Assembly (NCBI GenBank): GCA_039028615.1
Contig: JBCCHT010000001.1
Coordinates: 160,001 to 224,000 of the forward strand
Direction: 5' to 3'
Length of the DNA: 64,000 bases
DNA from: Myxococcota bacterium
GTDB lineage: Bacteria > Myxococcota_A > Polyangia > Nannocystales > Nannocystaceae
Position 1 is the stretch's first letter. Every line of letters begins with the position of its first letter. Below are positions 10,332 through 20,417 of the stretch, in pieces. Position numbers and translations under genes: made by a program. The notes under the pieces were generated by a model. That model was given only the letters and a program-made list of their open reading frames with translations. It had not been told where the DNA came from and did not search any database.

Positions 10332-12326
10332 TCAACCCACCGATGATGCATCTGCCTCCACACTGGAGAAGTTCGTGGATTTTTTCCCTGCGGGCACGAT
10401 CTCAAGCTGCTCCGGCTCGCCCAAAATCTTGCTCACCAGATCCTCACCATCAGACTTCCGATAGCGCCCCTCGAGCTGGCTACGTAGCCGGAAGAGCCTT
10501 GCGTTAGCGGTGTCAACCAGTTGGTTGTACGTCACCGGCGTGATTTCTCCCAGGTCGTGTTTGTCTCTGGAGACCTTGCGGCTATGGACTCGAGGGTCCA
10601 CAGAATAGCCCACCACGAAGGCATCAATTAGCGGGGGGCCATCGAGGTGCCCAGACTCAAGAATGTCCTCGACGTAGCCGGTGGCCTGCTCCATGTCCTT
10701 TCGGCCGATCTTCGAGCGCCCTTTCTTCAACTCGATCAGTAGAACGCGGCGAAGCACCGACAAAGGCTTCCCGTTCTGGAAGTCCTCCGCCCCCACCGCC
10801 GAGAACGTGGCGTCGTGTGCCACCAGAATGTCGGGACGAACGAGCGGTCGAGGCAGGTCCTCCTCGGGCAGCCCTTTCTCTCCCAAAACCGTGGCAATGG
10901 CACCTTTGATCCTTCGATTGGACGCATAGACGGGGGAGTCATACTCAGGACCGAAGAGCCACCGTGATTGAGTCACCAGGGGGTGCAGCGTGTGGAGTTC
11001 GTCGGTATCGGCGTCCGCGCAGAGCTTGTCGATCGCGGTCACGGTGCTCAAGCGTCGATCGATCTCGTCGAGCACCGCGATGGCGTCTTGGATGCTCCAG
11101 TCGTCGAGCAACCGGTCCAGCGCCTCCCGGTCTTCCTCCGGCATCGAAACCAGCCGTTGAAGAAGCTTGGCACCGGAGCGCGAGGACTCGAGCTCGATCG
11201 CCGCAGCAACCACCGCCTCCAGGTCATCGATGTTCATCGTGGGGCGCTTGGCGGATACAGACTCGACGATCTGAGCCACGTCCTTTCGGCCGGTGCGCGA
11301 TAGACCTCGAAGCGCCCCCACATGTTCTCGAACAACGGTCTCCTTTTTCTCTTCGATCCTCGTCGATAGTAGCGACGAGAGAACGTCCCGGGTGACCGCC
11401 GCCGCCTCCTCCAAGAACGCGTCGACCTCGGCCGAGGGCTTGAAGCTCGACCAATCCGCTTGCACGTGGTCCGACAGAGCGTCCGCCTTGATGACGAAGG
11501 TGTATCGCCGCGCCTCACGACTGCGGCCATCGAGAATCGTGTCCTGGCCGACCTGCCACGAAGGTTGGCCGACCAAGCGGCGATTCACCCAGAAGGCCAC
11601 GCCGTGATGGAAGAGCCGATGGGCATGCTTGCTCCCGTCGAGCACATACAAGCGCCCCAGGCACTGGCCATCGACGACCACATCGCGCTCGAACTCGTCC
11701 CCTGAGAGCTTGAAGAGATCGAGCTTTTCTCCATTGACCACGATCTGGAAGCTCGGATCTTGGGCAAAACGAGCTGCGATCACCTGGCGAATGCGATCAG
11801 GGTTCGGCAAGTGTCGCTCCACTCGGACCTTCAGTTTCACCCCCGTGGTGCGAGCGTTCTTCTTCGCGCCGTAGCTGGCCTCGAGGGGCTGCTCCCCCTG
11901 AGTCATACGTACGCGTATGGGCCAGCACACCTTGTCCCGACGAATCTCAATATCGTACTTGTCGTCGAAGCACAGGAGTCCGTGACGACCCACCCCATTT
12001 CGCCCAAAGGCATGGCGCGGTTTCCCCTTCCACTTCGGTGGCTGGTCAGCGAGCTTCCCCTGGTGACGTAGACGGTTGTAGCCCAGCATCATCCATCGGG
12101 AAGCAAAATCATCCCGAGTGAGGCCTGCTCCGTCGTCTTTGACAACCAACAGGCCTCCGATTTCCTCGGGAATCTGGATATCGACCTTGCTGGCGCCAGC
12201 GTCCCAAGCATTGGCCACCAGCTCGGTGAGCGCCACATCAGGGAGCAAGGTGAGGGAAGCGGGTACCGCACGCAGGAGGAAGTCCTCCTCGAAGAGGGAA
12301 CGCTGAACCTGCTCTTTGGCCACCAC
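10332..12326 (-). CDS. GHKL (HATPase_c_3, MORC-like) ATPase with a probable C-terminal PD-(D/E)xK nuclease domain
   Basis: ELVANAWDA, DDGAG and GRNGVG Bergerat motifs; C-terminal RPDI...LIELKKG. Confidence 0.8.
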   Translation of the reverse strand: MVAKEQVQRSLFEEDFLLRAVPASLTLLPDVALTELVANAWDAGASKVDIQIPEEIGGLLVVKDDGAGLTRDDFASRWMMLGYNRLRHQGKLADQPPKWKGKPRHAFGRNGVGRHGLLCFDDKYDIEIRRDKVCWPIRVRMTQGEQPLEASYGAKKNARTTGVKLKVRVERHLPNPDRIRQVIAARFAQDPSFQIVVNGEKLDLFKLSGDEFERDVVVDGQCLGRLYVLDGSKHAHRLFHHGVAFWVNRRLVGQPSWQVGQDTILDGRSREARRYTFVIKADALSDHVQADWSSFKPSAEVDAFLEEAAAVTRDVLSSLLSTRIEEKKETVVREHVGALRGLSRTGRKDVAQIVESVSAKRPTMNIDDLEAVVAAAIELESSRSGAKLLQRLVSMPEEDREALDRLLDDWSIQDAIAVLDEIDRRLSTVTAIDKLCADADTDELHTLHPLVTQSRWLFGPEYDSPVYASNRRIKGAIATVLGEKGLPEEDLPRPLVRPDILVAHDATFSAVGAEDFQNGKPLSVLRRVLLIELKKGRSKIGRKDMEQATGYVEDILESGHLDGPPLIDAFVVGYSVDPRVHSRKVSRDKHDLGEITPVTYNQLVDTANARLFRLRSQLEGRYRKSDGEDLVSKILGEPEQLEIVPAGKKSTNFSSVEADASSVG

Positions 12327-12501
12327 ACCAGCCTACGCGTGCCGCCGCGAGCGGGTCCAGCAATTGACATCGCCAAGGCGGCACATGGACCGAACGGGCC
12401 AGACGCCAGGACAAGACAACCGGTGGAGCCCGACAGCTCCCAGTGATCACATCGAAGCATGGAGCCTGCGCAGCAGCGCTCAAACAGACCCCTCCGCTTC
12501 C

Positions 12502-12713
12502 GTCGGGGAGTTGTCGGGGCCGCCGGGAGGCGACCCCGACTTCGCCCTTTGTTCCCCACAAGCGAGGACCCTCCGGGACGAAGCGAGTGGGGAACAAAGG
12601 GCGAAGTCGGGGTCGAGCGGCGAGCGAAGTGCCCCGACAACTCCCCGACTTTCCTGCTCAGATGCCTCTTTCTGAGCAGGCTGACCCGTACCGGCTCGGC
12701 GCCGAGCCGGTAC
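12502..12713. repeat. Cluster of long inverted repeats (nested hairpin, small hairpin, perfect palindrome)
   Basis: 19-bp arms 12502-12520/12631-12649; 29-bp arms 12531-12559/12587-12615; 10-bp arms 12653-12662/12671-12680; 26-bp palindrome 12688-12713. Confidence 0.95.
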
Positions 12714-13041
12714 ACCTTTTGGTAGGGTCCTGGGAGGGGCTTGGTACCCCTGCGCTCGGACATCGGCCACGCCCTCCAAGAGCTCGCGCCCCAGAACCGG
12801 ACAGTAGCTGGCTCTCACCCGTAACAAGCGGCCATGGAGCCGGCTCCGCTGGACGCTACGGGAATGAAATGCGTCCGGCGATGGTCTCGTTTTGTGCCAG
12901 GAAGTGCGTGCCGTCCTGGTCTAGATCTACGTTCGCGAAGCGCGACTCGCCCGCGCTCGGAGACGCTCCCATACGGGCGAGGCGTTTCCTGCTGCGAGTG
13001 CCTTCCCTCGCAAACCTTCTCGCACTCTGGAAAGGAGCACC

Positions 13042-14631
13042 GTGACCGACGACGCAAAGAAACAACAAACCATCGAAGAACAAAAAATGAAGCAGGAGCT
13101 ACGGAAGCTCGAGTGGGAAAATTCGTGGCCCAGCAAGCTCCTAGCGGGCGCACCGAGCCTCTCGGTACTGGTCGGTATCGGGGCGCTCCTATTCTCGGTC
13201 TGCCAATGGCGTCAGCAACAAGAAGCCAACCGGCAGGAGGCGAAGGAGGCTCGCAAGAACCGAGCCGAACAACGAGCACATGAGCAAGACCTACGCCAGG
13301 AAGAACGAGCCGAAGATGCGAAGAACCGTCGAGCAACGCAGCTTGATCTCGTGCTCTCGGGAGACGAGGCACAACGGGCCGCAGCGGCGATCAATCTTGC
13401 GCAGCAGCTTGCCCAGAGCGAGGGAAAAATCCACTCCCCCGACATCAAGGAGCAGGAGAGCATCCTCCTGCAACTCGCATCAGCGATCCCTCTGGAGCGA
13501 TCAGCTCATGTGCGCAGCCTAGCCGTGGGAGCGCTGGCGCAGGCAGCGGCCCGCGAGGACCTGAAGGGCCCACTCGGCGCAGTTCTCGAGGAGCTCATTC
13601 GCTCCAACCGAGCCATGTATTATGCCCACCGATTCTGGCGATCCGGGAATATCATCCGCAACGAGCACGAGTTCCAGCATGGACCGATTGAGGCTGGTTC
13701 TCCGACCGCCAGAGCGATCTCCACCGGTCACGCCATCGCGGCCCTCGTTCGTGAGGGCGTTCGACCCAGCAGTTCGCCTTCGGCCTCACCGGAGTTTAGC
13801 ACTCCTCCCTCAAGCACCCCGTGTCCCGGCGAATACAAGCTCGACCTGTCCAACGTCTACTGCGCCACCTGCGATTTCTCTGGCCTAAACGTGGATATGA
13901 GCTGCACGAACTTCCAAGATGCCATCCTCCAAAAAGCCAACTTCAGCGAAGCCAACCTCCAGGGAAGCAACTTCAACCGAGCGGAAATGGCAGGTGCGTG
14001 GTTCATTCAAGCCGACTTGCAGTCTGCAATATTCGCAAGCTTTGAATCCGACGACAGAGAGGAGGTCAGGACTGAGAACATCCACTGGCCACTACTTATC
14101 GATGTCATGTCCAAGCCGCCAAGCGAGCTAGAGTTCATCGCTCCTGACAAAGACGGTGAACTCTACATCGAGGGCCCCTCGTTTCGCTGCGCAGATCTTC
14201 GAAACGCAGACTTCGGCAGGCGAACCGTCTTTGCATTCGCCCCGAACAAACCAAGATCCACAGGAGCTTATCTTCACCCCATGAATTTCGTCGGCGCAGA
14301 TTTACAAGGTGCCAACTTGGAGATCGCGACAAAGATGGGCTTCACCGTTCCCAATGGAAAATGGCTATTTCGTGGGAACGGACCAAGCCGGGAAACGAAC
14401 AACATCTGGCTCTGGTTCGAATTTGGAGGCGAACCAAACCAGGCCAACAAGAAGTACTACACAGGCTCCTTCGACAGTATTCGACAATCCTTCTTCGGCT
14501 CCACATGGAGAGAAGCTGCTATCCCCGACTGGTTTCAGGAAATAATGGAGGAGGAGCTACCGCAGTGGGGTATGCACGGACCCCCCTGCACTCCCCGCAG
14601 CCCGAGAATGGAAAAAAGAACGTTCGAGTAG
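13042..14631 (+). CDS. Membrane-anchored pentapeptide-repeat protein
   Basis: TM helix, coiled coil, HEAT-like helices, TNFQDAILQKANFSEANLQGSNF repeats. Confidence 0.85.
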   Translation: MTDDAKKQQTIEEQKMKQELRKLEWENSWPSKLLAGAPSLSVLVGIGALLFSVCQWRQQQEANRQEAKEARKNRAEQRAHEQDLRQEERAEDAKNRRATQLDLVLSGDEAQRAAAAINLAQQLAQSEGKIHSPDIKEQESILLQLASAIPLERSAHVRSLAVGALAQAAAREDLKGPLGAVLEELIRSNRAMYYAHRFWRSGNIIRNEHEFQHGPIEAGSPTARAISTGHAIAALVREGVRPSSSPSASPEFSTPPSSTPCPGEYKLDLSNVYCATCDFSGLNVDMSCTNFQDAILQKANFSEANLQGSNFNRAEMAGAWFIQADLQSAIFASFESDDREEVRTENIHWPLLIDVMSKPPSELEFIAPDKDGELYIEGPSFRCADLRNADFGRRTVFAFAPNKPRSTGAYLHPMNFVGADLQGANLEIATKMGFTVPNGKWLFRGNGPSRETNNIWLWFEFGGEPNQANKKYYTGSFDSIRQSFFGSTWREAAIPDWFQEIMEEELPQWGMHGPPCTPRSPRMEKRTFE

Positions 14632-14804
14632 CCTTGACAGCGGAGCCCTACTGCGATCGCTACGAGGTCCCTCCCCCGCTCGAGCACGCATATGTGTCCC
14701 CCATGGGCGGCCCCGATGCTCGCAGCCCCGATGCTCGCAGCCCAGCGAGCAAGACGTCCCCAACATGCTACTGGGCCTCCGCGGGCTCTACATGGAGCGG
14801 GAGC

Positions 14805-15044
14805 TCACTTCGATCGCCGCGGCTTTCGCTCCGGCCGCATGAACTCCACCGGGTCGATGCGAAGCGCGACGGCGAGCTTGGTCAGGACGTCCGTGGTGGC
14901 GGCCCGCTCGCCGTCAAGAACCGCGTACAGGTGAGACCGGCTGATGCCGGCCCCTTCCGCCAGGGCCGTGAGCGTCACCTTCTTGCGCCCGGCAATCTCG
15001 CGGATTCTCCCGGCGACCCGGGCGCGAATCTGGTCGGGGTCCAC
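14805..15044 (-). CDS. XRE-family HTH transcriptional regulator
   Basis: IREIAGRKKVTLTALAEGAGISRSHLYAVLDG...LTKLAVALRI. Confidence 0.9.
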   Translation of the reverse strand: MDPDQIRARVAGRIREIAGRKKVTLTALAEGAGISRSHLYAVLDGERAATTDVLTKLAVALRIDPVEFMRPERKPRRSK

Positions 15045-15072
15045 GGATCAGGACTCTATCCACCTGCAAGCC

Positions 15073-15127
15073 AACGTCCTGTTTAAAGGACGTCAATCGC
15101 TCGACAAAACGTCCTGTTTAAAGGACG
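15073..15127. promoter_or_regulatory. Duplicated palindromic operator
   Basis: AACGTCCTGTTTAAAGGACG at 15073-15092 and 15108-15127, between divergent HTH genes. Confidence 0.75.
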
Positions 15128-15138
15128 CTGACGCGACC

Positions 15139-15525
15139 ATGCTCGAGGACCCTCGACCCCCCCAAGCCGCGCAGACATCGATGTTGGAGACGCTTCAGAA
15201 GGCACTCGACAGAGCCTTTCCGCGCGAGGAGTCGCCGCCTACTCCCCCGGCACTGGAAGACCAACGCACGCCGCCCGACCCCAAGCGGATGCATCAACCG
15301 AGAAGTGCAGCTCTCGACGAGGAGGGATTGCTGCTCTGGCTGCTTGCGGGCCTTCGCCTCTTCCATGGCCCCACGCCGACTTGGCGTGAAGCAGCCCAGG
15401 AAACGCGACTGCTGATGGTCGAGCTCGCCAAGGTCCGCTGCCAGGGCAACATCACCCAAATGGCCCGGCTCCTGGGTTCGAGTCGACGAGCTGTACGAGA
15501 TGCACTGCGGACACGAAGTACTTGA
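15139..15525 (+). CDS. Small protein with a C-terminal Fis-type HTH
   Basis: CQGNITQMARLLGSSRRAV matches the Fis/NtrC-type HTH pattern. Confidence 0.7.
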   Translation: MLEDPRPPQAAQTSMLETLQKALDRAFPREESPPTPPALEDQRTPPDPKRMHQPRSAALDEEGLLLWLLAGLRLFHGPTPTWREAAQETRLLMVELAKVRCQGNITQMARLLGSSRRAVRDALRTRST

Positions 15526-16154
15526 ACGAACAGCCGATCTAGCCGGTCGGGGCTGCAAGGAGCCTGCCCCTTCTTGAATCGTTCACGCCCCTTGCGGTCC
15601 ACCGTGCGAGGGCTGCAACCGAAGCGGGCAATATCCCGTGCTATGGGAAGCGAGCACGCGCAGTTCGGAGTTCTGATTCATAGCATCGTGCTGGATCGTA
15701 GATCGCGACGAGTGTTGCCCGCGAGCACGGCTCCAAACACGAATACGAGTGGCCAAAGAGATCACCAAGCGCTCGGCGTATGGGCGCGAGGCATTTTGCC
15801 TCAATGCGTCTTGGTCGAGGCACGGACGGCGGCGAACCAGGAGCTCGACGTGAGTCCGCATCCTACTTTTGGAACCCACCAGGGGGCCTCGTTCAAGGTC
15901 TGCGCTCGATCTCCCATCGAGATCGAAATCGCTCCCTGAACAGCCCAAGTCCTTAAGGCACGAAGAGGACATCGGCACCAATCGAGCGCATTGACAGTTC
16001 GGCGGCGTTCGAACATGGTGTCGCGAACTCCGCACATAGCTAGCGACAAATTTCCCAGGGCAGGCGCGAATGCTTGGACTACCGCGCCCGTCGAAGGAAA
16101 CCGGATAGACGCAGGACGCTGGCTCACCCGGCCCACGATTCCCGAAGAACACAC

Positions 16155-17720
16155 ATGAACCTCAGTGTCAGAACCCGGAGATTGGTAACGTTCACATTCG
16201 GAATACTGCCGCTCATTGGCTGCCGCCCGCCGAGCGTGCCCCCAAGCACTCCCGATCTGACCAACTTGACGGACGCCCAAAACTGCCCCGTCGCGAAGAG
16301 CCCCACAGACCCATTTCTAGTAGAATGGAGCGGATCAGACCGCGCAGCACTGGAGTCAAAGTTAAAGAAGGGTGTCGTTCCCGTTCGCTACACAGGCTGC
16401 GAAATGGAGGTCCTGAGAAGTTGCCGCCTCAAAACCCCCGAATCCTATTCCTACACGACCGTTGCCCTAAAGACCGAAACCGAGCAGATTCGAAGCGAGG
16501 ACGAGCTCTATGCAAAGATGCCAATGGGTGCCGCAAAGCTAAAAGCGGAATTCAGCAAAGCCCACGGGCTATCGTTGCAGATGACCATTACCGGACGCTA
16601 CGAGACCAACACGGCATATGACATTAGCGATCTTGCAGAAAACTGTTCCTCTGCAACCCACATCATCACAGCGGTAACGGTCGGCGCGTTCACGCTTGAA
16701 CATCTCGACGAGACAGCAATCGATGGGAAGGCAAGCATCGGCCCCGCAGAAGCAGGGGGACACCATGGCAAGTCAAAACGTTACTTCAAAAGCGGGGGCA
16801 AGCCAGAAACCTGTAACAGCAGCAAGAGCGAAGACGGGCCCCCCATAGATTGTTCAGAGCCCCTGCGCGTCGAGCTTCAACCTCTACAAGGAGCTCAAAA
16901 TCCCCCTGTGCAGGAGGCAAGACGCAAACCGAGGCCTCCCCGGCAAAAACGGTTCGAGAGCAGTTGGGCTCCATTCGCCTCCTTTGATCTTGGCATCGGA
17001 GGCGCCCATGCACCGGTGAGTGACACGCTGGCCCCCCTCGACGACCCGGGGGCCATATCCCACAAGCAAATCCGTGGAGCGGGAGTTCGGCTACGGACAA
17101 GCCTCGCCCCGACGGCACTTCTACTGACCAGCCTAGGCGAGCAGAGCAAGCGATATTCCATCGCCACCGGAATCGCGGGTGAAGCCAGACTCGATGCGCT
17201 ACAAGGAACACATGGGAGCTATGAAGTAGATAGCCTGCTGGAGCTAGCCTTGGGTGCGTCCGCGTGGTTCGGGCTTTCAAACTGGGCGCTCACGGGACGA
17301 TACGAACGATTTCTACGTCGTGGTGGAGCGGCCACATCGGACGCTGACGATTACTCCACGCTTCGATATTTAGTCGATCGGGCGGCCTATGGAGTTCGCT
17401 TTTGTGGCCCTCGTGAGCTCCGCCGATGCGGCGGCGAATATAGTTCGGCCTCTTCTCGGTACTGGGTCGCGGCATCCCTACTTTCTGACAGACCGCTTCT
17501 AGATGGATCTGCTTATCCGAGCTCAGCCAGAGAAAGAGGGGCCATCCTTGGCCTCGAGCTGGCCTCGAAGTGGTACTTTCTCCCCTACCTTGGCGCGGGA
17601 GCTGAGGTCCAGCTCTTTCCCAGATACGCGATTGCCAACCGTGTTGAAGGGCTTCAGGAGCGCTCAACGCTCAGTCTGTTCTTCAGCCTGGTTTTCGCCA
17701 TCGGCCGAAACCTGCCCTAG
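16155..17720 (+). CDS. Myxobacterial-type lipoprotein with a possible beta-barrel-like C-terminus
   Basis: Lipobox LIGC; PFLVEW...VVPVRYTGCEMEVL domain recalled from myxobacterial proteins; alternating beta-strand pattern near the C-terminus. Confidence 0.7.
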   Translation: MNLSVRTRRLVTFTFGILPLIGCRPPSVPPSTPDLTNLTDAQNCPVAKSPTDPFLVEWSGSDRAALESKLKKGVVPVRYTGCEMEVLRSCRLKTPESYSYTTVALKTETEQIRSEDELYAKMPMGAAKLKAEFSKAHGLSLQMTITGRYETNTAYDISDLAENCSSATHIITAVTVGAFTLEHLDETAIDGKASIGPAEAGGHHGKSKRYFKSGGKPETCNSSKSEDGPPIDCSEPLRVELQPLQGAQNPPVQEARRKPRPPRQKRFESSWAPFASFDLGIGGAHAPVSDTLAPLDDPGAISHKQIRGAGVRLRTSLAPTALLLTSLGEQSKRYSIATGIAGEARLDALQGTHGSYEVDSLLELALGASAWFGLSNWALTGRYERFLRRGGAATSDADDYSTLRYLVDRAAYGVRFCGPRELRRCGGEYSSASSRYWVAASLLSDRPLLDGSAYPSSARERGAILGLELASKWYFLPYLGAGAEVQLFPRYAIANRVEGLQERSTLSLFFSLVFAIGRNLP

Positions 17721-17970
17721 CGCAACGAGGATGTTCCTACACCGCCAAGTAGTGACCGTCCGAGGGCACTGGCTCCGTGCGCATGGATGCGTGTGGCAGC
17801 TCCTGCGAACTGAAGTTGAGCGTCATTCTGTGCCTTCTTGAACCCTTCCCCATCGCCAGCTTCGACGGGTCGCTCGGCTCTGGGATACCGAGGCCTTCGG
17901 TTCTTCTGCACAGGATGCTGCCTTCCGCTGGAATCTGGCGCCTCCAGGCCTGAGCCGACCAGCTCTCGCA

Positions 17971-19758
17971 TCACCTAGCCGATCGCTGAGACCTACTTCC
18001 GGCAGCCTTCGCTTCCCGAACGTGAAGGAGGACGGAACCATCTCCAAGATGAGCCGCCTCCTTCGCAGCTCTTTCGGCTTCTCGAAAACGCCCCGTTTGA
18101 GCGAGGAGCATGGCTTCGCCGGTCCATCCTGCACGGTGTCGAGGGTTCAGCGTTCTCGAACAGACGAAGGCCTGAAGAGCATCCTCGAGTCGCCCAAGCC
18201 CCAGAAAACAGTAGCCTCGGAACTCAGGATTGGCCGCATCCTTCGGGTCAATCTTCTCCGCGAATACCAGTTCATCCAGTGCGGCAGCGGGGCGTCCGGC
18301 AGAGAGCAGGATTCGCGCTCGAAGCATGTGCGCGTCAACGATGGTTCGGTCCAGCCCGATCGCCACCGACACGGCGTGGTCGGCCTCACCGAGGCGGCCC
18401 TGCCCCTCCAAAGCCTGAGCAAGCTTGATGTGCAACCAGGGCTCCAAGGGGTCTTTCTCAAGCGCTTCTCGTAGGATTCGCTCTGCTAGCTGGAACGCGT
18501 GGTCGTCCAGCGCAAGCGTGGCCAACGCCTCGCGCTCCCTGGCGGTCATTGGCCGGGGCGGCTCCGCAAGTGGATCTGGGACTGAACATCGCGGGTCACG
18601 GGTCAAATCGAGGGCATCGTAGATGGTCGGATTCTCTTTGAGCCGGAACTGCACGAGCTTCCATGCCACCACGTCGCGATCAGACCAGGACTTTGGCAGC
18701 TCTGCGCCCAAGATCGCGCGGACATCCTCCGCGCCAGCCGTCCCGGCCAGAAAACCACTCCACCGCACGATGGCATTGGTCCAGTTCCCCGACAGGCAGC
18801 ACAGATCATCTTCAAACCCATCGTCTTTCGCGAACCGCCCCATTCCCCCAACACCATGTCCGATGGGAGGGTGCCGTGGTCCACGCAGCATACCCCACAG
18901 CCGATTCTCTTCGATTTCAACCGCAGAGCCATCCTGCGCAGCAGCGAAGCCAATCGCGTGGCTCACCGTCCACTCGATGAAGCATCTGGCCAGCTCCAAG
19001 CGGTGAGCCTCGGGCAGTCCCACGCGACTTAGCCACCTCCATAGCTCCACGAGGGCAACGACCGCCCGAAACTCGAGCTCGAGCCGCATTCGGTCGGCCG
19101 CATTCTGGCCGACATGCTGGGCCAGCGCCTCAAGACTCTCGCTTTGCGGGAGCCCACCACGCTCCCAAGCCTCGTATGAGCTCGGACCAAAGACCTCCGT
19201 GTGGAGTTCTGCGCGTCGCCGCCCCCGGACATGCAGGTGATGCCGTAGGAATTTCACGAACGCGGTCCCGTCGACCAGCGATTGTGGGCCTACCGCGCGA
19301 AGCGTCCCCGGTAGTTCCTGATGCCACGGTAGATAATGAAGACCGATCCGAACTCCGAGGTCTTGGAGCGCCAACCGTAGCATCGGCAGACAGACAAGGA
19401 GCGGATCTGCCCCTTGGTCCGTGACCCCATAAGACTCGAAGTAGTTCTGACATCGATCCCATTCAATGCAGTACTCGCCAAGCCCTCGAGCCACCAGCTC
19501 GACCAGGCCCTCTCGCCCGACCGGATCATCGTCCTCCAGCGGCCGAGGAAAACCGACCTCCACCAGATCGGAAGCGAGCGCGAAGACATACGCCGTTCGC
19601 GTGTCGGGTTTCACGCGCTTGCCCTGCTCGAAGGTCTTTCGGGTCGTTGCCCCCAGAGTTCGGTCCATACGCCCACGGAGCCTCATCGCTTTGACGATGG
19701 CGCCGAGGACCTGCTGCGCGGTGGGGCGGGAATCGAATGTGGTTTTGTTCTTGCTCAT
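17971..19758 (-). CDS. TPR-containing hypothetical protein
   Basis: C-terminal TPR repeats (LAQALEGQGRLGEA, LGLGRLEDALQAF, LAQTGRFREA). Confidence 0.8.
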   Translation of the reverse strand: MSKNKTTFDSRPTAQQVLGAIVKAMRLRGRMDRTLGATTRKTFEQGKRVKPDTRTAYVFALASDLVEVGFPRPLEDDDPVGREGLVELVARGLGEYCIEWDRCQNYFESYGVTDQGADPLLVCLPMLRLALQDLGVRIGLHYLPWHQELPGTLRAVGPQSLVDGTAFVKFLRHHLHVRGRRRAELHTEVFGPSSYEAWERGGLPQSESLEALAQHVGQNAADRMRLELEFRAVVALVELWRWLSRVGLPEAHRLELARCFIEWTVSHAIGFAAAQDGSAVEIEENRLWGMLRGPRHPPIGHGVGGMGRFAKDDGFEDDLCCLSGNWTNAIVRWSGFLAGTAGAEDVRAILGAELPKSWSDRDVVAWKLVQFRLKENPTIYDALDLTRDPRCSVPDPLAEPPRPMTAREREALATLALDDHAFQLAERILREALEKDPLEPWLHIKLAQALEGQGRLGEADHAVSVAIGLDRTIVDAHMLRARILLSAGRPAAALDELVFAEKIDPKDAANPEFRGYCFLGLGRLEDALQAFVCSRTLNPRHRAGWTGEAMLLAQTGRFREAERAAKEAAHLGDGSVLLHVREAKAAGSRSQRSAR

Positions 19759-19980
19759 GGTCCCATCGTGAATTCGCAGCGAGGCCTCCAGTACCCCGGA
19801 AACCGGTCAAATAGTCCTAGCCAGCACCTTCAATCCCAAAATCTTCATCCCCGCCGGCCAAATCCTCCACAGCGCTTGGTCGCCCGCGGGCCCAACGCTC
19901 GGTGACGGGTTCCGCGACAACCTTCGTAGCGAGGGTTCCTGGCTCCATAAAGGGCTAGAGCTGCAAAACGGGTTAGAAGA

Positions 19981-20066
19981 GCGAGCGGCACGGATGCCCG
20001 CGCCCACCCCCCGACGGAACAAGCCACGGGTGGGGTGGGCGCGGCCCTCCGGGCACGGCCGCTCGC
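19981..20066. repeat. GC-rich nested inverted repeat
   Basis: GCGAGCGGC/GCCGCTCGC (19981-19989/20058-20066) and CCGCGCCCACCCC/GGGGTGGGCGCGG (19998-20010/20032-20044). Confidence 0.8.
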
Positions 20067-20417
20067 ATCGGGTTCAGATGGGTTCTGCATTCCGGCTCGT
20101 GCTCGCCGAAATCACGAACCCACAACTCTTCCCAAAGACCCACAAGCGGCGGTTCACCGAACAGCCGAATCCGAGCTTTGCGACCAGAAACGGCAGCACA
20201 GCTCCCAGAAGCATCGCAGGATAAATCCGAACCTGCGGTGCGGCATCCAAATCGGGACAGACCCTCCGAACAGGCCCGCGAGCCGACATTCTCATTCGCT
20301 TTTGCCCAAAGCGCAGACAAAACCACATCTTCACACACTCAAGTACATCCAGGCCACTACTAGAATAAAAAAACGAAGAGCGTTACATTCCGGCAGACAA
20401 GCAGGCGGAAGCTACGC

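Noticed and set aside
12502..12713. Retron msr-msd
   Set aside because: No reverse transcriptase in the window.
14710..14750. 15-bp tandem duplication GCCCCGATGCTCGCA, with GATGCTCGCAGC also at 29309
   Set aside because: Only two copies and a 12-bp match; compatible with slippage and chance.
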